Origin: a virus
Taxonomy: Duplodnaviria > Caudoviricetes
Length of the DNA: 31,707 bases
Reading direction: 5' to 3' (one strand)
Virus record (IMG/VR): IMGVR_UViG_3300025875_000079
Coordinates: 1-31,707 of that record
This document shows, piece after piece, positions 10,101 to 18,115 of the stretch; within the stretch, counting starts at the first letter, position 1, and every line of letters begins with the position of its first letter. A model generated the notes under the pieces. It was not told where the DNA came from, ran no database searches, and saw only the letters and a program-made list of their open reading frames with translations. A program made the position numbers and the translations under genes.

Positions 10101-10463
10101 AACGGTGTCACCCGAACCGAAACCAACACCATACTCTATAGTGGTGGTACGGGATTCGTTCTATCGCAACTCAATCAGACAGTGATTTACCCAGCGCGTA
10201 CCATGACCGGGTTTCAATTGGTATCACCGAAGGCCAACGGGGTAGGGCACGTATTGGTAACGATGCGAGACAGCTCCGGAAACGTGGTACATCAAGTTAG
10301 CGTGGATATTTCGCAAGCGGCCAGTACACCTACTAATTCGGCCGTGGTATATACTTCGCCAACGTTTGCCAGTGCCGCCTATACGATTACCTGTCAGATA
10401 GACCCGGCCTATCCTTCGGCCATTTTCGTCGATGCGATTATTGCCAACGGGGTGCCCGTGTAA
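7158..10463 (+). CDS. Modular tail fibre/receptor-binding protein (IPT/TIG, Ig-like, SGNH esterase, LamG-like and CBM-like domains)
   Basis: Fibre-type GAPSSAIGSNGQTY...YQKQAGAW; IPT SPASGPAGTQIVLTGTNL; Ig NQAPTVTI...DADGTIAKVEYF...ARATDDKG; SGNH motifs DTDS562IG, YND and D719GIH722P; beta-rich C-terminus. Confidence 0.8.
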   Translation: MATQQQYDQLIAAFEDGGGNTAKELRDALSAFRDDLLGLKQNGAALIPLFGGGAPSSAIGSNGQTYTNTVNGYVYQKQAGAWQFQYIAKGKDGSTPRAGIDYQQPGAGADGEDGNRIHDKNYAPRTSDNASVGGQANLEGDQWFYTISLSSYERYAFLAGQWTLVFRKAESAASAPATNQAPTLTQASPASGPAGTQIVLTGTNLSGAIVAFNGTAAAPISNTATQIVVNVPTGATTGNITATTSNGSATLYFVVTVPATTTPANQAPTVTIAGSSSTVNTGQSVTLTASPYDADGTIAKVEYFDNGVKVGETTSAPHSILTPGLSQGAHSFTARATDDKGATGISATPFSVSVSTPQTVYNGSYTARCGVDKAGTGSDVTRTAQGATQAEADAAARNAAIAALVCTVSQDTPVVYTAQSSDFHNNAYDESISGTTARRRSALAYVTHQFSNGLPAYADIRFVAPVHGTTSPSSQIGIAVLTDGNYTGMATAASKAEQTVRLTFSVASGSHTLTFGEGLQEELSNLNFAGCHIIDITYPANTAYTVVAPDLSKPPFFFDTDSIGVGVGATIAQTHAFIVQVAQYLTGFRCIALGAGRRRIDTSYDTDAKRTGMLDRMAAYGGNMSGAAHSLQMTYNDAGSGGTVANSSAIAGTWLDAIKGRFPNMIRVVQTALPSTNDSTLKLPDWRTALAKVGNDRSIKVIDGLSLLDNPAPGVDTVDGIHPGSGAISAKYAPRWLAAYNAKAVLGQPLILHGWEGNNSGARWEDIGGGGNHAIQDIVSRQPSFNGTVFGKKAALFTQDTLQFMMVNALAQQSGAYTIIFTCRSTSAQTSQFIFDTERGRIAAYAKGLDNDQSGYYSAATGGTISGVRGVRFNAEQDTFVAIVLGATSSTMIVNDTVTTGIPPGVTRFQTSIRLGAAIDKTDANGTLGRFFGPIGCYEVWPGELTLEQINVRKAIATTGGSGGGGSTQDVLIQQTEASTPNGVTRTETNTILYSGGTGFVLSQLNQTVIYPARTMTGFQLVSPKANGVGHVLVTMRDSSGNVVHQVSVDISQAASTPTNSAVVYTSPTFASAAYTITCQIDPAYPSAIFVDAIIANGVPV

Positions 10464-10477
10464 GACGCTATACCCGG

Positions 10478-10514
10478 ACAAAAAAGGCCCCCCATCACGG
10501 AGGGCCTTTTTTGT
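10478..10514. terminator. Bidirectional intrinsic terminator
   Basis: ACAAAAAAGGCCC...GGGCCTTTTTTGT, 13-bp inverted arms between convergent genes. Confidence 0.9.
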
Positions 10515-11591
10515 TTACTTGAAAGCGGCATGATACAGCCTGCCCGCGTACTTCATACAGCCAGCGCGATTCGGGTGCAGGCCATCCGCGTAGTCAGCTT
10601 CGCTATCTGTTAAAGCCAAGCCATCTACCAAGTGCACCCAGGTTCTAGCTGCTGCAATTTTACTGAGTGCCGCGCGCATAGGGGCTATGTTGCGCTCGTT
10701 ATACGAGTCGGTGCGAAAGGTCCGTAACGGCGTTTGTAGCGTGATAGGCAGGGTAGGCAATGTGCGGTGCAACTCGTCCAGAAACAGTGCTGCATAGCTC
10801 GCGGCCTGCGCTACGTTCTTGCCAGTGCCGGCGTCATTGTCGCCCAACTCCATGATATAGCGCGGGTGCTGCGAGCCTTTAACAACCTGCACGATACGCT
10901 GTACCATCGCGTGTCGTTTCGTGGCCGTTTCGTAGCTGGTGCTGAGCTGGCGGCGCCCAGCACCTAGACTAACGAACCGCATACCCGGCATGAGCTTGGC
11001 CAGCTGCGCTTGCACACCATCCCGCTGCGCTACGGGCGTTCCAATGCCGAGGCCGATACTATCCGTGTCTTCTAATACTACCTCTGCGGTAGTGTCGCGC
11101 ACAACGGTATAGCCGAAATTTCCTCCATAATCGGCGCTAATAAGGGATGTGCCAGCGTAAAAGCCCGGTATGGTTTCTTCCTGTAGTGCCTCTACCAAAG
11201 CTACCGTGTGCGGGCCTGGTTCGCCGCTCAGCTCAACTCGGATTTCCTCTTCCTCATTGGCCTCCTCCGGATTAGCCATGCCAACTAAGGCACCGTCAAC
11301 GAATACGGCAATGCCAACCTGAGAATCCGGGTACGTGTTGCCATATACTGTGGAATACAGTGTTATGTCCACATAGTCAGGCAATCCATCAGGAAAATGG
11401 TGCGCGATGCGTGCCAGCGCAGAACGATGGTGCGCCGCGGTTCCCGGCAGTATGTCATCGTAGATCGTGTTTTGGAAATCAGCCGACCTGGCAATGTACT
11501 CGTCTGTGATAGTGCTGGCGCCGTCGTTTTGCTCCTGTTGCGTGCAAGAGAATAACGCTGTAACGAATACGAATAGAATAAAATGCTTCAC
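10515..11591 (-). CDS. SGNH/GDSL hydrolase lipoprotein (moron), paralogue of the fibre esterase module
   Basis: GTG 11591 gives the signal MKHFILFVFVTALFS-C16. Catalytic motifs DTDSIG, LGDND and DGLHP; 358 aa. Confidence 0.85.
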   Translation of the reverse strand: MKHFILFVFVTALFSCTQQEQNDGASTITDEYIARSADFQNTIYDDILPGTAAHHRSALARIAHHFPDGLPDYVDITLYSTVYGNTYPDSQVGIAVFVDGALVGMANPEEANEEEEIRVELSGEPGPHTVALVEALQEETIPGFYAGTSLISADYGGNFGYTVVRDTTAEVVLEDTDSIGLGIGTPVAQRDGVQAQLAKLMPGMRFVSLGAGRRQLSTSYETATKRHAMVQRIVQVVKGSQHPRYIMELGDNDAGTGKNVAQAASYAALFLDELHRTLPTLPITLQTPLRTFRTDSYNERNIAPMRAALSKIAAARTWVHLVDGLALTDSEADYADGLHPNRAGCMKYAGRLYHAAFK

Positions 11592-11617
11592 GTGTAGAAG
11601 ATCTATAAAGTGAAGTA

Positions 11618-11650
11618 TAAAGGTACTACCAGCCAAATACTGCAACCAAA
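11618..11650 (-). promoter_or_regulatory. Putative host-type (-33/-7) promoter for the lipoprotein
   Basis: The minus strand reads TTTG-N21-TACCTTTA, versus the Bacteroidota consensus TTTG-N19-21-TAnnTTTG. Confidence 0.5.
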
Positions 11651-11780
11651 ACAGCGAAGGCTATTATTACCCCGCCAGCTAGCAGCCACGGCAGCCGGCG
11701 CCACAGGGTAGCATATTTACGAGGGTGGCGCGGGTTTCTCATAATAGAGATACGTTGCTCACTGAAATTGAGGTTGCCCT

Positions 11781-11811
11781 AAGCTGCCTGCTACCCGCAG
11801 GCGGCTTTTTT
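11781..11811 (+). terminator. Intrinsic terminator
   Basis: AAGCTGCCTGC-TACCC-GCAGGCGGCTT followed by TTTT. Confidence 0.75.
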
Positions 11812-11831
11812 GTATCCTATCCCAACATCCC

Positions 11832-11884
11832 GTTACGCTTTAGGCAACTTCTTTTGGACTGGTTCTGAGCACGTAGGATATTTA
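11832..11884 (+). promoter_or_regulatory. Putative internal late promoter
   Basis: GTTACGCTTTAGGCA (14/15 match to the box at 497-511), then TTTG-N18-AGGA as at the other two sites. Confidence 0.6.
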
Positions 11885-11888
11885 CCCT

Positions 11889-12305
11889 ATGCCCTATACC
11901 CAACCACTCCTGATTCACATAGACCTGTGCCCGCCGGCGGGCCTCTACCTGCGCTGGCTTTCGCCCCTGGGCAACCTGGAAGGCTTCCTGTTCAGTGGGG
12001 CCACCGACCAGAAAACCGATATCCGCGGCGCCACCAGCTACCAGCCCGCCCCCGGCCGCCATACGGTCGCGGTACGCCGCCCCGGCTACACGACCCAAAC
12101 CCTCTATGCTGGCAACCTCGACACGCAAACCGTCACTGCCCTTACCACCCTGCTCGACAGCCCGCAGGTGTACCAGCAGGACTACAGCGGCCAACTAAGC
12201 CCGGTGTTCCTGGTACCGAACTCGGCCGTGTTCACGCCCCAGGACGGCCGCCACGAACTGAGCTTTGAAATTGAACTGCCCGCCCGGCAAGCCCTTAGCA
12301 ACTAG
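11889..12305 (+). CDS. Tail-tip protein, distal-tail C-terminal-like domain
   Basis: 138 aa. CPPAGLYLRWLSPLGNLEGFLF resembles the YLRWLN.LGG.D.W.F motif I recall from Bacteroidota phage tail proteins. It precedes the hub gene. Confidence 0.55.
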   Translation: MPYTQPLLIHIDLCPPAGLYLRWLSPLGNLEGFLFSGATDQKTDIRGATSYQPAPGRHTVAVRRPGYTTQTLYAGNLDTQTVTALTTLLDSPQVYQQDYSGQLSPVFLVPNSAVFTPQDGRHELSFEIELPARQALSN

Positions 12306-12308
12306 GCC

Positions 12309-14324
12309 GTGAACGAACTGCTCCTCCCCGAATCGGATAGCACCTTCCTGGTGGGCCGCGTGGCCTACACCCGCTGCGACAACGACCTGACGCAGCCCGA
12401 CTCGGTGCAGTCGGACTACTCCACTTCCATCAGCCTGCCCGATGCCGCCGCCGTGCGCCGGGCCCTGGAGCACAGTGAGCAAGGCACCAGCACCACGCAG
12501 CTGCCCTACCGCCGCGTGCCGGCCGTGCTCAAGCTCGGGGGGGTGGAGCTCGTGCCGCGCGGGCAGTTCCTACTCGACAGCCACACGCGTAGTAGTGGCT
12601 TCGAAGGCCGCGTGGTAGGCGGCAACGTGGAGCTGTACGCCGCCCTGGGGGATAAGAAGCTACGGGAGCTGGACCTGAGCCAGTACGATCACAGCTGGAC
12701 GTTACCCAACATCGTAGCCGGTGCCCAGCGCACCACCGGCTACCGTTACGACCTCTACGACCGGGGGCAAGGCGCCCCAGCAGCAGATGCGCTTTTGAAC
12801 GTATTCGAGGCGGGCCTGTGGCCGACAGTCTACGCGCAGGCCATTTGGGCCCAACTCTTCACCGAGGCGGGCCTACCCATGCCCGAACTACCCGAACCCG
12901 CCCGCGCCCTGGTGGTGCCCGCCACGGCCCCGTTTGGCTACGGCGAGGACCTGCGCAAGCAGCACACCAGCGCGGCCCTGCGTACTGGCGGGCTGGGCAC
13001 CGCCCAACGCGGCTACTTCACCAGCGAGTTTCAGCGCACGCTCATCTACGACTCGGTGGCCGCGCCCCGCTACAGCGACCCCGCCGGGGGCTACAGCGCC
13101 GCCGCCGGCATCCGTACCATCCAACTGGCTGGCTACTACCGCCTGAAAGCGGGCCTGGGCCTGTTTCTGCGCTGCGATGTGGGCCGCGTGTCGGGCACGC
13201 TGGAGGTGCTGGTGAACGGCAAGCCCGTGGTGCAGGATTTCGTCAGCACCGGTAGCGCCGCGGTGGCCCTGTCTGCCCAGAAGGATACGATTCTGTTGCA
13301 GGCCGGTGACACCGTATCGGTGCGCCTGACGGGTAAGGAGCGCACCCGCCTCGTGGTAGGGGAGCGGTGGGAGTACGGCAACAGTCTGGCCGACGAAGCG
13401 GACGTATTCGAGGTAGAACTACTCGAAGAATTCCCGCCCGGTGGCCTGGTGCGCCTGCAGGACTGGCTACCCGACCTACCCCAAAAGGACTTCGTGAAGG
13501 CGATCATCGGCCTGTTTGGCCTCACCCAGCGCACCGACCCAGCCAGCGGTACTATTTCCTTTACGCCCACGGCGCAGCTCATGCAGCGCCTGGCCTCCGC
13601 CCCCGACTGGAGCCCGCGTGTAGACCTCTCGCAGCCTGTGAAGCGCAGCTGGCGGGTAGGCAACTATGCCCAGGCCAACTATTTTACCTGGAAAGAGGAC
13701 AGCACCAACCCCGAAACGGCCGCAACCCTCGGAAATGGGGCCATTTTGTGCCCAAACAGCACCTTAGAGGCCGAAAAAACGGTGTTAACCCTGCCCTTTA
13801 CGGCCTCTGCTACGGGCGCCGCCGGCCTGCCCTACCTCGCATTTTGGCACGAAAAGGACGCATTTGATGCCCAAAAACTGGCGGATTTCCAGAAAACGGC
13901 CGCGGATACCACCAAAACCACCGCTGAGCGGGCCGAAGCCCGCCGGGCCGCCCTGGAACTGCGCTACGACACCCAGCAACCCCAGCCGCGCCTGCTCTAC
14001 GCGGGCACGGCCACGCGGCCGGTTGATCTGACTGATGGTGAGAAGACCGTGAAGGACGTGTTATTACCGGTGGCCACCTTCGCGGGGCTGGATTTCGCCT
14101 CCGTCTTGCTACCCACCTACTACCCGCACCTGGCGGCCGTACTGCGCCGGCCGCTGGTGCTGACGCCTTCGGTGCGGTTGCGGGCCGTTGAGGTCGTCAG
14201 CTTCGATCAGTTGCAGCCGGTGTGGCTGGAAAGCGAAGGGGCGTGGTTTTACTGTAACAAGATCAATCAGTTCGAGGATGACCAGCCGAGTACGGAGGTG
14301 GAGTTGCTGCGGCTGAGTGAATAA
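12309..14324 (+). CDS. Baseplate hub/tail-tip protein
   Basis: 671 aa with N-terminal NDL...SDYSTSISLP, LPDLPQKDFVKAI, YAQANYFTWKED and C-terminal FYCNKINQF...TEVELLRL. Confidence 0.7.
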   Translation: MNELLLPESDSTFLVGRVAYTRCDNDLTQPDSVQSDYSTSISLPDAAAVRRALEHSEQGTSTTQLPYRRVPAVLKLGGVELVPRGQFLLDSHTRSSGFEGRVVGGNVELYAALGDKKLRELDLSQYDHSWTLPNIVAGAQRTTGYRYDLYDRGQGAPAADALLNVFEAGLWPTVYAQAIWAQLFTEAGLPMPELPEPARALVVPATAPFGYGEDLRKQHTSAALRTGGLGTAQRGYFTSEFQRTLIYDSVAAPRYSDPAGGYSAAAGIRTIQLAGYYRLKAGLGLFLRCDVGRVSGTLEVLVNGKPVVQDFVSTGSAAVALSAQKDTILLQAGDTVSVRLTGKERTRLVVGERWEYGNSLADEADVFEVELLEEFPPGGLVRLQDWLPDLPQKDFVKAIIGLFGLTQRTDPASGTISFTPTAQLMQRLASAPDWSPRVDLSQPVKRSWRVGNYAQANYFTWKEDSTNPETAATLGNGAILCPNSTLEAEKTVLTLPFTASATGAAGLPYLAFWHEKDAFDAQKLADFQKTAADTTKTTAERAEARRAALELRYDTQQPQPRLLYAGTATRPVDLTDGEKTVKDVLLPVATFAGLDFASVLLPTYYPHLAAVLRRPLVLTPSVRLRAVEVVSFDQLQPVWLESEGAWFYCNKINQFEDDQPSTEVELLRLSE

Positions 14325-14356
14325 AAAGCCCCGACTGTTGCGAGCGGCCGGGGCTT
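14323..14356 (-). terminator. Intrinsic terminator for the inverted tape-measure operon
   Basis: AAGCCCCG...CGGGGCTT stem with an A-run on the left (U-tract on the minus strand). Confidence 0.7.
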
Positions 14357-14401
14357 AGAGAACTGGACAATGAGAAAGGACTGAAAGGTATAGAAAAACC
14401 T

Positions 14402-14647
14402 TCACACGCGCTGCTGCATTTCCCGCACCGCCCGCCAAACACTGCGCTCCGAGACACCGCACTGCCGAGCGGTTTCCTGCGCCGCCTCCTCCGAGCGGTC
14501 CACGTAGCGGGGCGTGCTGCGCAGGGCCTGGTAGTACTCGAAGATATCCTTGTGGTTGTAACTCTTCAGGTTGAGCAGCCCCCGGTGGTAGAGTGCTGTC
14601 AGCGTGCCCGCGGCTTCCAGGCTGCGCAATAGTTCGTAGGTCGTCAT
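14402..14647 (-). CDS. Small HTH transcription regulator (Mor-like C-terminus)
   Basis: AQETARQCGVSERSVWRAVREM HTH, 4 bp downstream of the tape-measure stop. Confidence 0.75.
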   Translation of the reverse strand: MTTYELLRSLEAAGTLTALYHRGLLNLKSYNHKDIFEYYQALRSTPRYVDRSEEAAQETARQCGVSERSVWRAVREMQQRV

Positions 14648-14651
14648 AGGG

Positions 14652-17600
14652 CTAGTGGTTGCTTTGGGCCTGGGCCCGCTTCTCGTTTTCGGCTATCCGG
14701 TTGAACTCCGTAGCGCGGATGGTAGGCGCGGGCAGGGCGCCAGCCCCGGCCACGAAGGCGGGCGTGAGTTCCTGGGCAAGCGTAGCTGCCAAAAGGCCGT
14801 AATCAATCTGGGCAGAAGGCCCACTGCTAAAGCCCGCCGGCCTCCGCATCTCGTCCATGGTAGCCGGGTCGTAGCGCACAATACCGCCCTGCGCGTAGTG
14901 GCGCGGAATAGCGGCTATGCGCTGTAAGCCCTGCGCGAACGGCCGGCCCCCAGCGGCCACGTTCAGCGCGGAAGCTGCGGCGCGTAGGGCAGGAATGCGG
15001 TAGACGTTACGGGTCAGGATAATTTCCTCATCCTCCATCTCGCCTACATAGTGGCCGGACTTGTGGTACATGGGAATGCCGCCCTCGCTGTGGCGCCGGC
15101 CCCGCACCACACCCCCTTCCGCAAACTTCTGGGCGGGCGTCTTACTTAGTGATGCTTTCAGGCCCGCCGTGGCAGCCGTGAGGCCGGCAATGATAAGGCC
15201 CGCCTTCACGAAGCCCGCGGCGCCAAACGTGGCCACCGATTCGGGTGAGGCTAGTGCTTCCGTTAGAATCTTCACCTGCGCCGCAATCACGGCCTTGCTG
15301 ATCGTATCCAGAATCAGCACCAGGGCTTTCGCCGCGAAGTCCTGCAGCTGCGCGCCCGTGTCGCTCATGGTATCGGCAAACAGCTGGCCCAGCTGCTCAC
15401 CGAAGCTGATGGCAGTGCTTAGCTGCTGCTGCTTCGCGGCCTGGTCCTTCTGCGTTACCTGATCAATATGCTGGATCTTCAGTTCGGTGAGTTGTTGATC
15501 AATGGCGGCCGTATCCTGCCCGTAGGCGCGGGCTATTGCCAGCTGAGCCGATAGCCGGCCGAGTTCCTGCTGGTAAAGCGTGTCGCTGTACTGCTGCTCC
15601 GTGACCAGGCCTTCCGCCCGCACCTGCTCCAGTTGGTTACGCTCCTGTTGGTAGAAGGTAGTCGCCGCCTCGCTGCGGTTGCGGTAGATCAGGTCGGTGT
15701 TCTGCTTATCGGCCTGAGCATTGATGAGCATCCGTTGCGCGGAGGCCACCTCGGCGTCTTCCCGGTCGTTGATGGCGGCTAGCTGCTGCTGGCGCTGCTT
15801 TTCTAGGGCCTGCTGCTGCAAGCGTAGCTCCTCATCACTGCCCGCTTTCACGGCCACCAGCCGGGCGGCAATCACGGCTGCTTCCTGCTGCAAGGAAGCG
15901 TTGATGCGCTGCCGGGTGTGCGTGGCCACCAGCTCATCCACATCGTTCTCGTACTTCTCGTCGATGAGCTTCTTCTGGCCTACGGTAATACCTTTCTGGG
16001 CTAGCTCAATCTTACGGCTGTTCTCCAGCTTTTTCGCTAGTAGCTGTAACTGCTCATCCGAGCCGTCCGGGGTTTTGCGTAGCTGCTGATCGAGTAGATC
16101 ATTCTGCAATTTGAGTTCGGCCCGCAGGTTAGCCAGGCGCTGCTCGGCCGCTTTCGCCGCGGCATCAGCACGGGCCTTGGCATCGGCCTTTTCCTTGTCG
16201 GCCGCGCCCTTCTGAATAGCATTGAGCTGGTTATTGAGTTCAATGCGGCGCGTGTTGCTGTCGCGCTCCAGCGCATACAGCTTGATCTTTTCCTGACTCA
16301 GCAATTCGTTATCCGCCGTCAGGTTGTTGGTCAGCGCCTGCTCGCGTTCGATGTTGGCAATCCGATCCTGTTGCAGCTGCTGTTGCCGGTCCGCACTCTT
16401 TTCCTCCAGCGCAAAGGCTTCGCGGCCCGCGGCCAGCCGTTCGGCCGTGCTCTTGCTGGTGTCCTGCTCAATGAGCTTCAGGGCTTCGATCTGCGCTTTG
16501 CTCTGCTCCCGCTCCTGATTTATTTCCCGCTCCAGATCCCGAATGCGCTGGCTTTCGGCCGCTATCTGCTCCCCCGCTTTGGCCGCGTTGCCAAGCTCCT
16601 GCGTGAACTTTTGGGCTTTGCTGGTCGCATCCGCAATACCGGTACTGGCCTGCAGGAAGCCGTCACCAATCTTGCGCGGATCCAGATTAATAATGCCGTC
16701 GACGATGACGCCAAACGCTTTGAGCCGGTTGAGTAGGTTTTCGCCAATTAAATCTACCAGGTCGGAAATGGCTTGCCGGGGATTGTCGAACGCCTTGAAT
16801 AGCACCTCGCCTACAGCACTGACCTTATCCGTGAGCACGCCCACTACCACGCCGAGGCCCTTGGTTTTGCGCTCCAGAAAGTCAATGCCGGTTTGCGTTT
16901 TCGTCAGGAAGGTAACCAGCGCGCTAAAGGCCAGTACCAATAGGCCAATACCGGTGGCAGCTAGCGCAATTTTAAGCAGCCCCAGCGCCCCTACTTCAGC
17001 CAGGGTAGCGGCCTTGGCCAGGTTCGTAACGGCTGTGAACTTCGTTTTGACTTCGTTGTACTGCCGCGTGGCGCCGCCCAGCACGCCAGTGGTGTCGGCT
17101 GCCTCTGCCAGCGCCGCACTAACCTTCTTGGTTTCGGCGGGCACCTCAGCCAGCGTTTTTTCCACCGCTGCAATCTGAAAGCCAATCTTGCGGAAGGCAT
17201 CCGAGCCCTCGGCTACGTTCTCCTGCTCCTTTTCCAGCCGCACCAGGTTCTCGATGGCGGGTTGAATCTTCGCCGTGTAGTCGACTACCTTCGCCTCAGC
17301 CTGCTCAAACGAGAGCCCCGCCTGCGCGCCGGCCTTCACGGCCGCCGTCTGAAAGCCGATGGCCCGCTTTTCCAGTACCTGGTAGCCCTCGCTATCCTGC
17401 TCCAGCCCCTTCTGCTGTTCCCGGATTTTGGCCAGCTCCACAATCAGCGGCTCCAGGCCCTGCTTAAAGCTAGCCGCGTAGTTGCCCACGTTGCGGCTAG
17501 TGGAGCCTACGCTACCCTCGATTTCCTTTAGTGCATCCGAGATGGCCAGGGCTTGCTTTTGCAGCGCCTGCCCCTCGGCAGTCTTACGCTCTGCCTCCGA

Positions 17601-17951
17601 CATGGCGTAGAAGGCCGTGGTGGTTTCGCTCAGCGCGCTGCGTAGCTGCTCAGCGGAGCCAGCCGATGACTTGAAGGTTTTATCCAGTGTTTCCAGCCCC
17701 TTCTCCAACTCCCGCTGGTCGGCCTGCTGGCCCTTTAGCTGCGCGCGCAGGGCCACAGCCTGCTTGGCGTACTCGGCATCGGCAATGGTGCCGGCCTTGC
17801 GCTGCTCGTTGAGCTGCTTTTGCCGGCCTTTCGTCTTGTCGATATCCAGCACCAGCGCGGCCAGCGAGTCGCGGATGAGCTTGGTTTCCTGCTTGTACTG
17901 CTCGTCATCGAGCCGGATTTCTAGTAGGATCTTTTCAGTCTGGTCAGCCAT
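14652..17951 (-). CDS. Tape measure protein
   Basis: 1099 aa, helical and A/E/K/Q-rich. RNVGNY motif, hydrophobic ALAATGIGLLVLA segment and C-terminal KFAEGGVV.G..H..GG motif. Confidence 0.92.
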   Translation of the reverse strand: MADQTEKILLEIRLDDEQYKQETKLIRDSLAALVLDIDKTKGRQKQLNEQRKAGTIADAEYAKQAVALRAQLKGQQADQRELEKGLETLDKTFKSSAGSAEQLRSALSETTTAFYAMSEAERKTAEGQALQKQALAISDALKEIEGSVGSTSRNVGNYAASFKQGLEPLIVELAKIREQQKGLEQDSEGYQVLEKRAIGFQTAAVKAGAQAGLSFEQAEAKVVDYTAKIQPAIENLVRLEKEQENVAEGSDAFRKIGFQIAAVEKTLAEVPAETKKVSAALAEAADTTGVLGGATRQYNEVKTKFTAVTNLAKAATLAEVGALGLLKIALAATGIGLLVLAFSALVTFLTKTQTGIDFLERKTKGLGVVVGVLTDKVSAVGEVLFKAFDNPRQAISDLVDLIGENLLNRLKAFGVIVDGIINLDPRKIGDGFLQASTGIADATSKAQKFTQELGNAAKAGEQIAAESQRIRDLEREINQEREQSKAQIEALKLIEQDTSKSTAERLAAGREAFALEEKSADRQQQLQQDRIANIEREQALTNNLTADNELLSQEKIKLYALERDSNTRRIELNNQLNAIQKGAADKEKADAKARADAAAKAAEQRLANLRAELKLQNDLLDQQLRKTPDGSDEQLQLLAKKLENSRKIELAQKGITVGQKKLIDEKYENDVDELVATHTRQRINASLQQEAAVIAARLVAVKAGSDEELRLQQQALEKQRQQQLAAINDREDAEVASAQRMLINAQADKQNTDLIYRNRSEAATTFYQQERNQLEQVRAEGLVTEQQYSDTLYQQELGRLSAQLAIARAYGQDTAAIDQQLTELKIQHIDQVTQKDQAAKQQQLSTAISFGEQLGQLFADTMSDTGAQLQDFAAKALVLILDTISKAVIAAQVKILTEALASPESVATFGAAGFVKAGLIIAGLTAATAGLKASLSKTPAQKFAEGGVVRGRRHSEGGIPMYHKSGHYVGEMEDEEIILTRNVYRIPALRAAASALNVAAGGRPFAQGLQRIAAIPRHYAQGGIVRYDPATMDEMRRPAGFSSGPSAQIDYGLLAATLAQELTPAFVAGAGALPAPTIRATEFNRIAENEKRAQAQSNH

Positions 17952-17970
17952 AGGGAGAAGGGAATGCGTC

Positions 17971-18051
17971 CGAAAACTCCTCCTTGAATCGTGCTAAACC
18001 AAACCCGCTAGCCCAAAAACGTAACCGGGTTGCCAAAAGCGTAACACAATT
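17971..18051 (-). promoter_or_regulatory. Putative late promoter of the tape-measure operon
   Basis: The minus strand reads AATTGTGTTACGCTTTTGGCA (20/21 identical to 491-511), a second box GTTACGTTTTTGGGC 20 bp later, then TTTG-N18-AGGA. Confidence 0.75.
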
Positions 18052-18060
18052 TCCCGCGCC

Positions 18061-18115
18061 TGTCAAACTGCTGGCACCGATTCTTCCGTTGCCGCCCCCA
18101 TACGCGGGAATTTTG
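18061..18115 (+). promoter_or_regulatory. Putative head-operon promoter/operator
   Basis: Imperfect palindrome TGTCA-N6-TGGCA (18061-18076) and -7-like GAATTTTG (18108-18115), 4 nt before the ATG. Confidence 0.45.

Noticed and set aside
11592-11645. ORF-track TTG start of the lipoprotein
   Set aside because: GTG 11591 gives a proper signal peptide, and the extension overlaps the predicted promoter.
7158-11650. Diversity-generating retroelement or shufflon acting on the fibre
   Set aside because: No reverse transcriptase or invertase in the window. The fibre/lipoprotein similarity is at protein level, not a near-identical DNA repeat with A-specific mismatches.
18051-18110. 8-bp inverted repeat TTCCCGCG/CGCGGGAA as an inversion site
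   Set aside because: Short and GC-rich, and both arms lie on the same side of the inverted operon.
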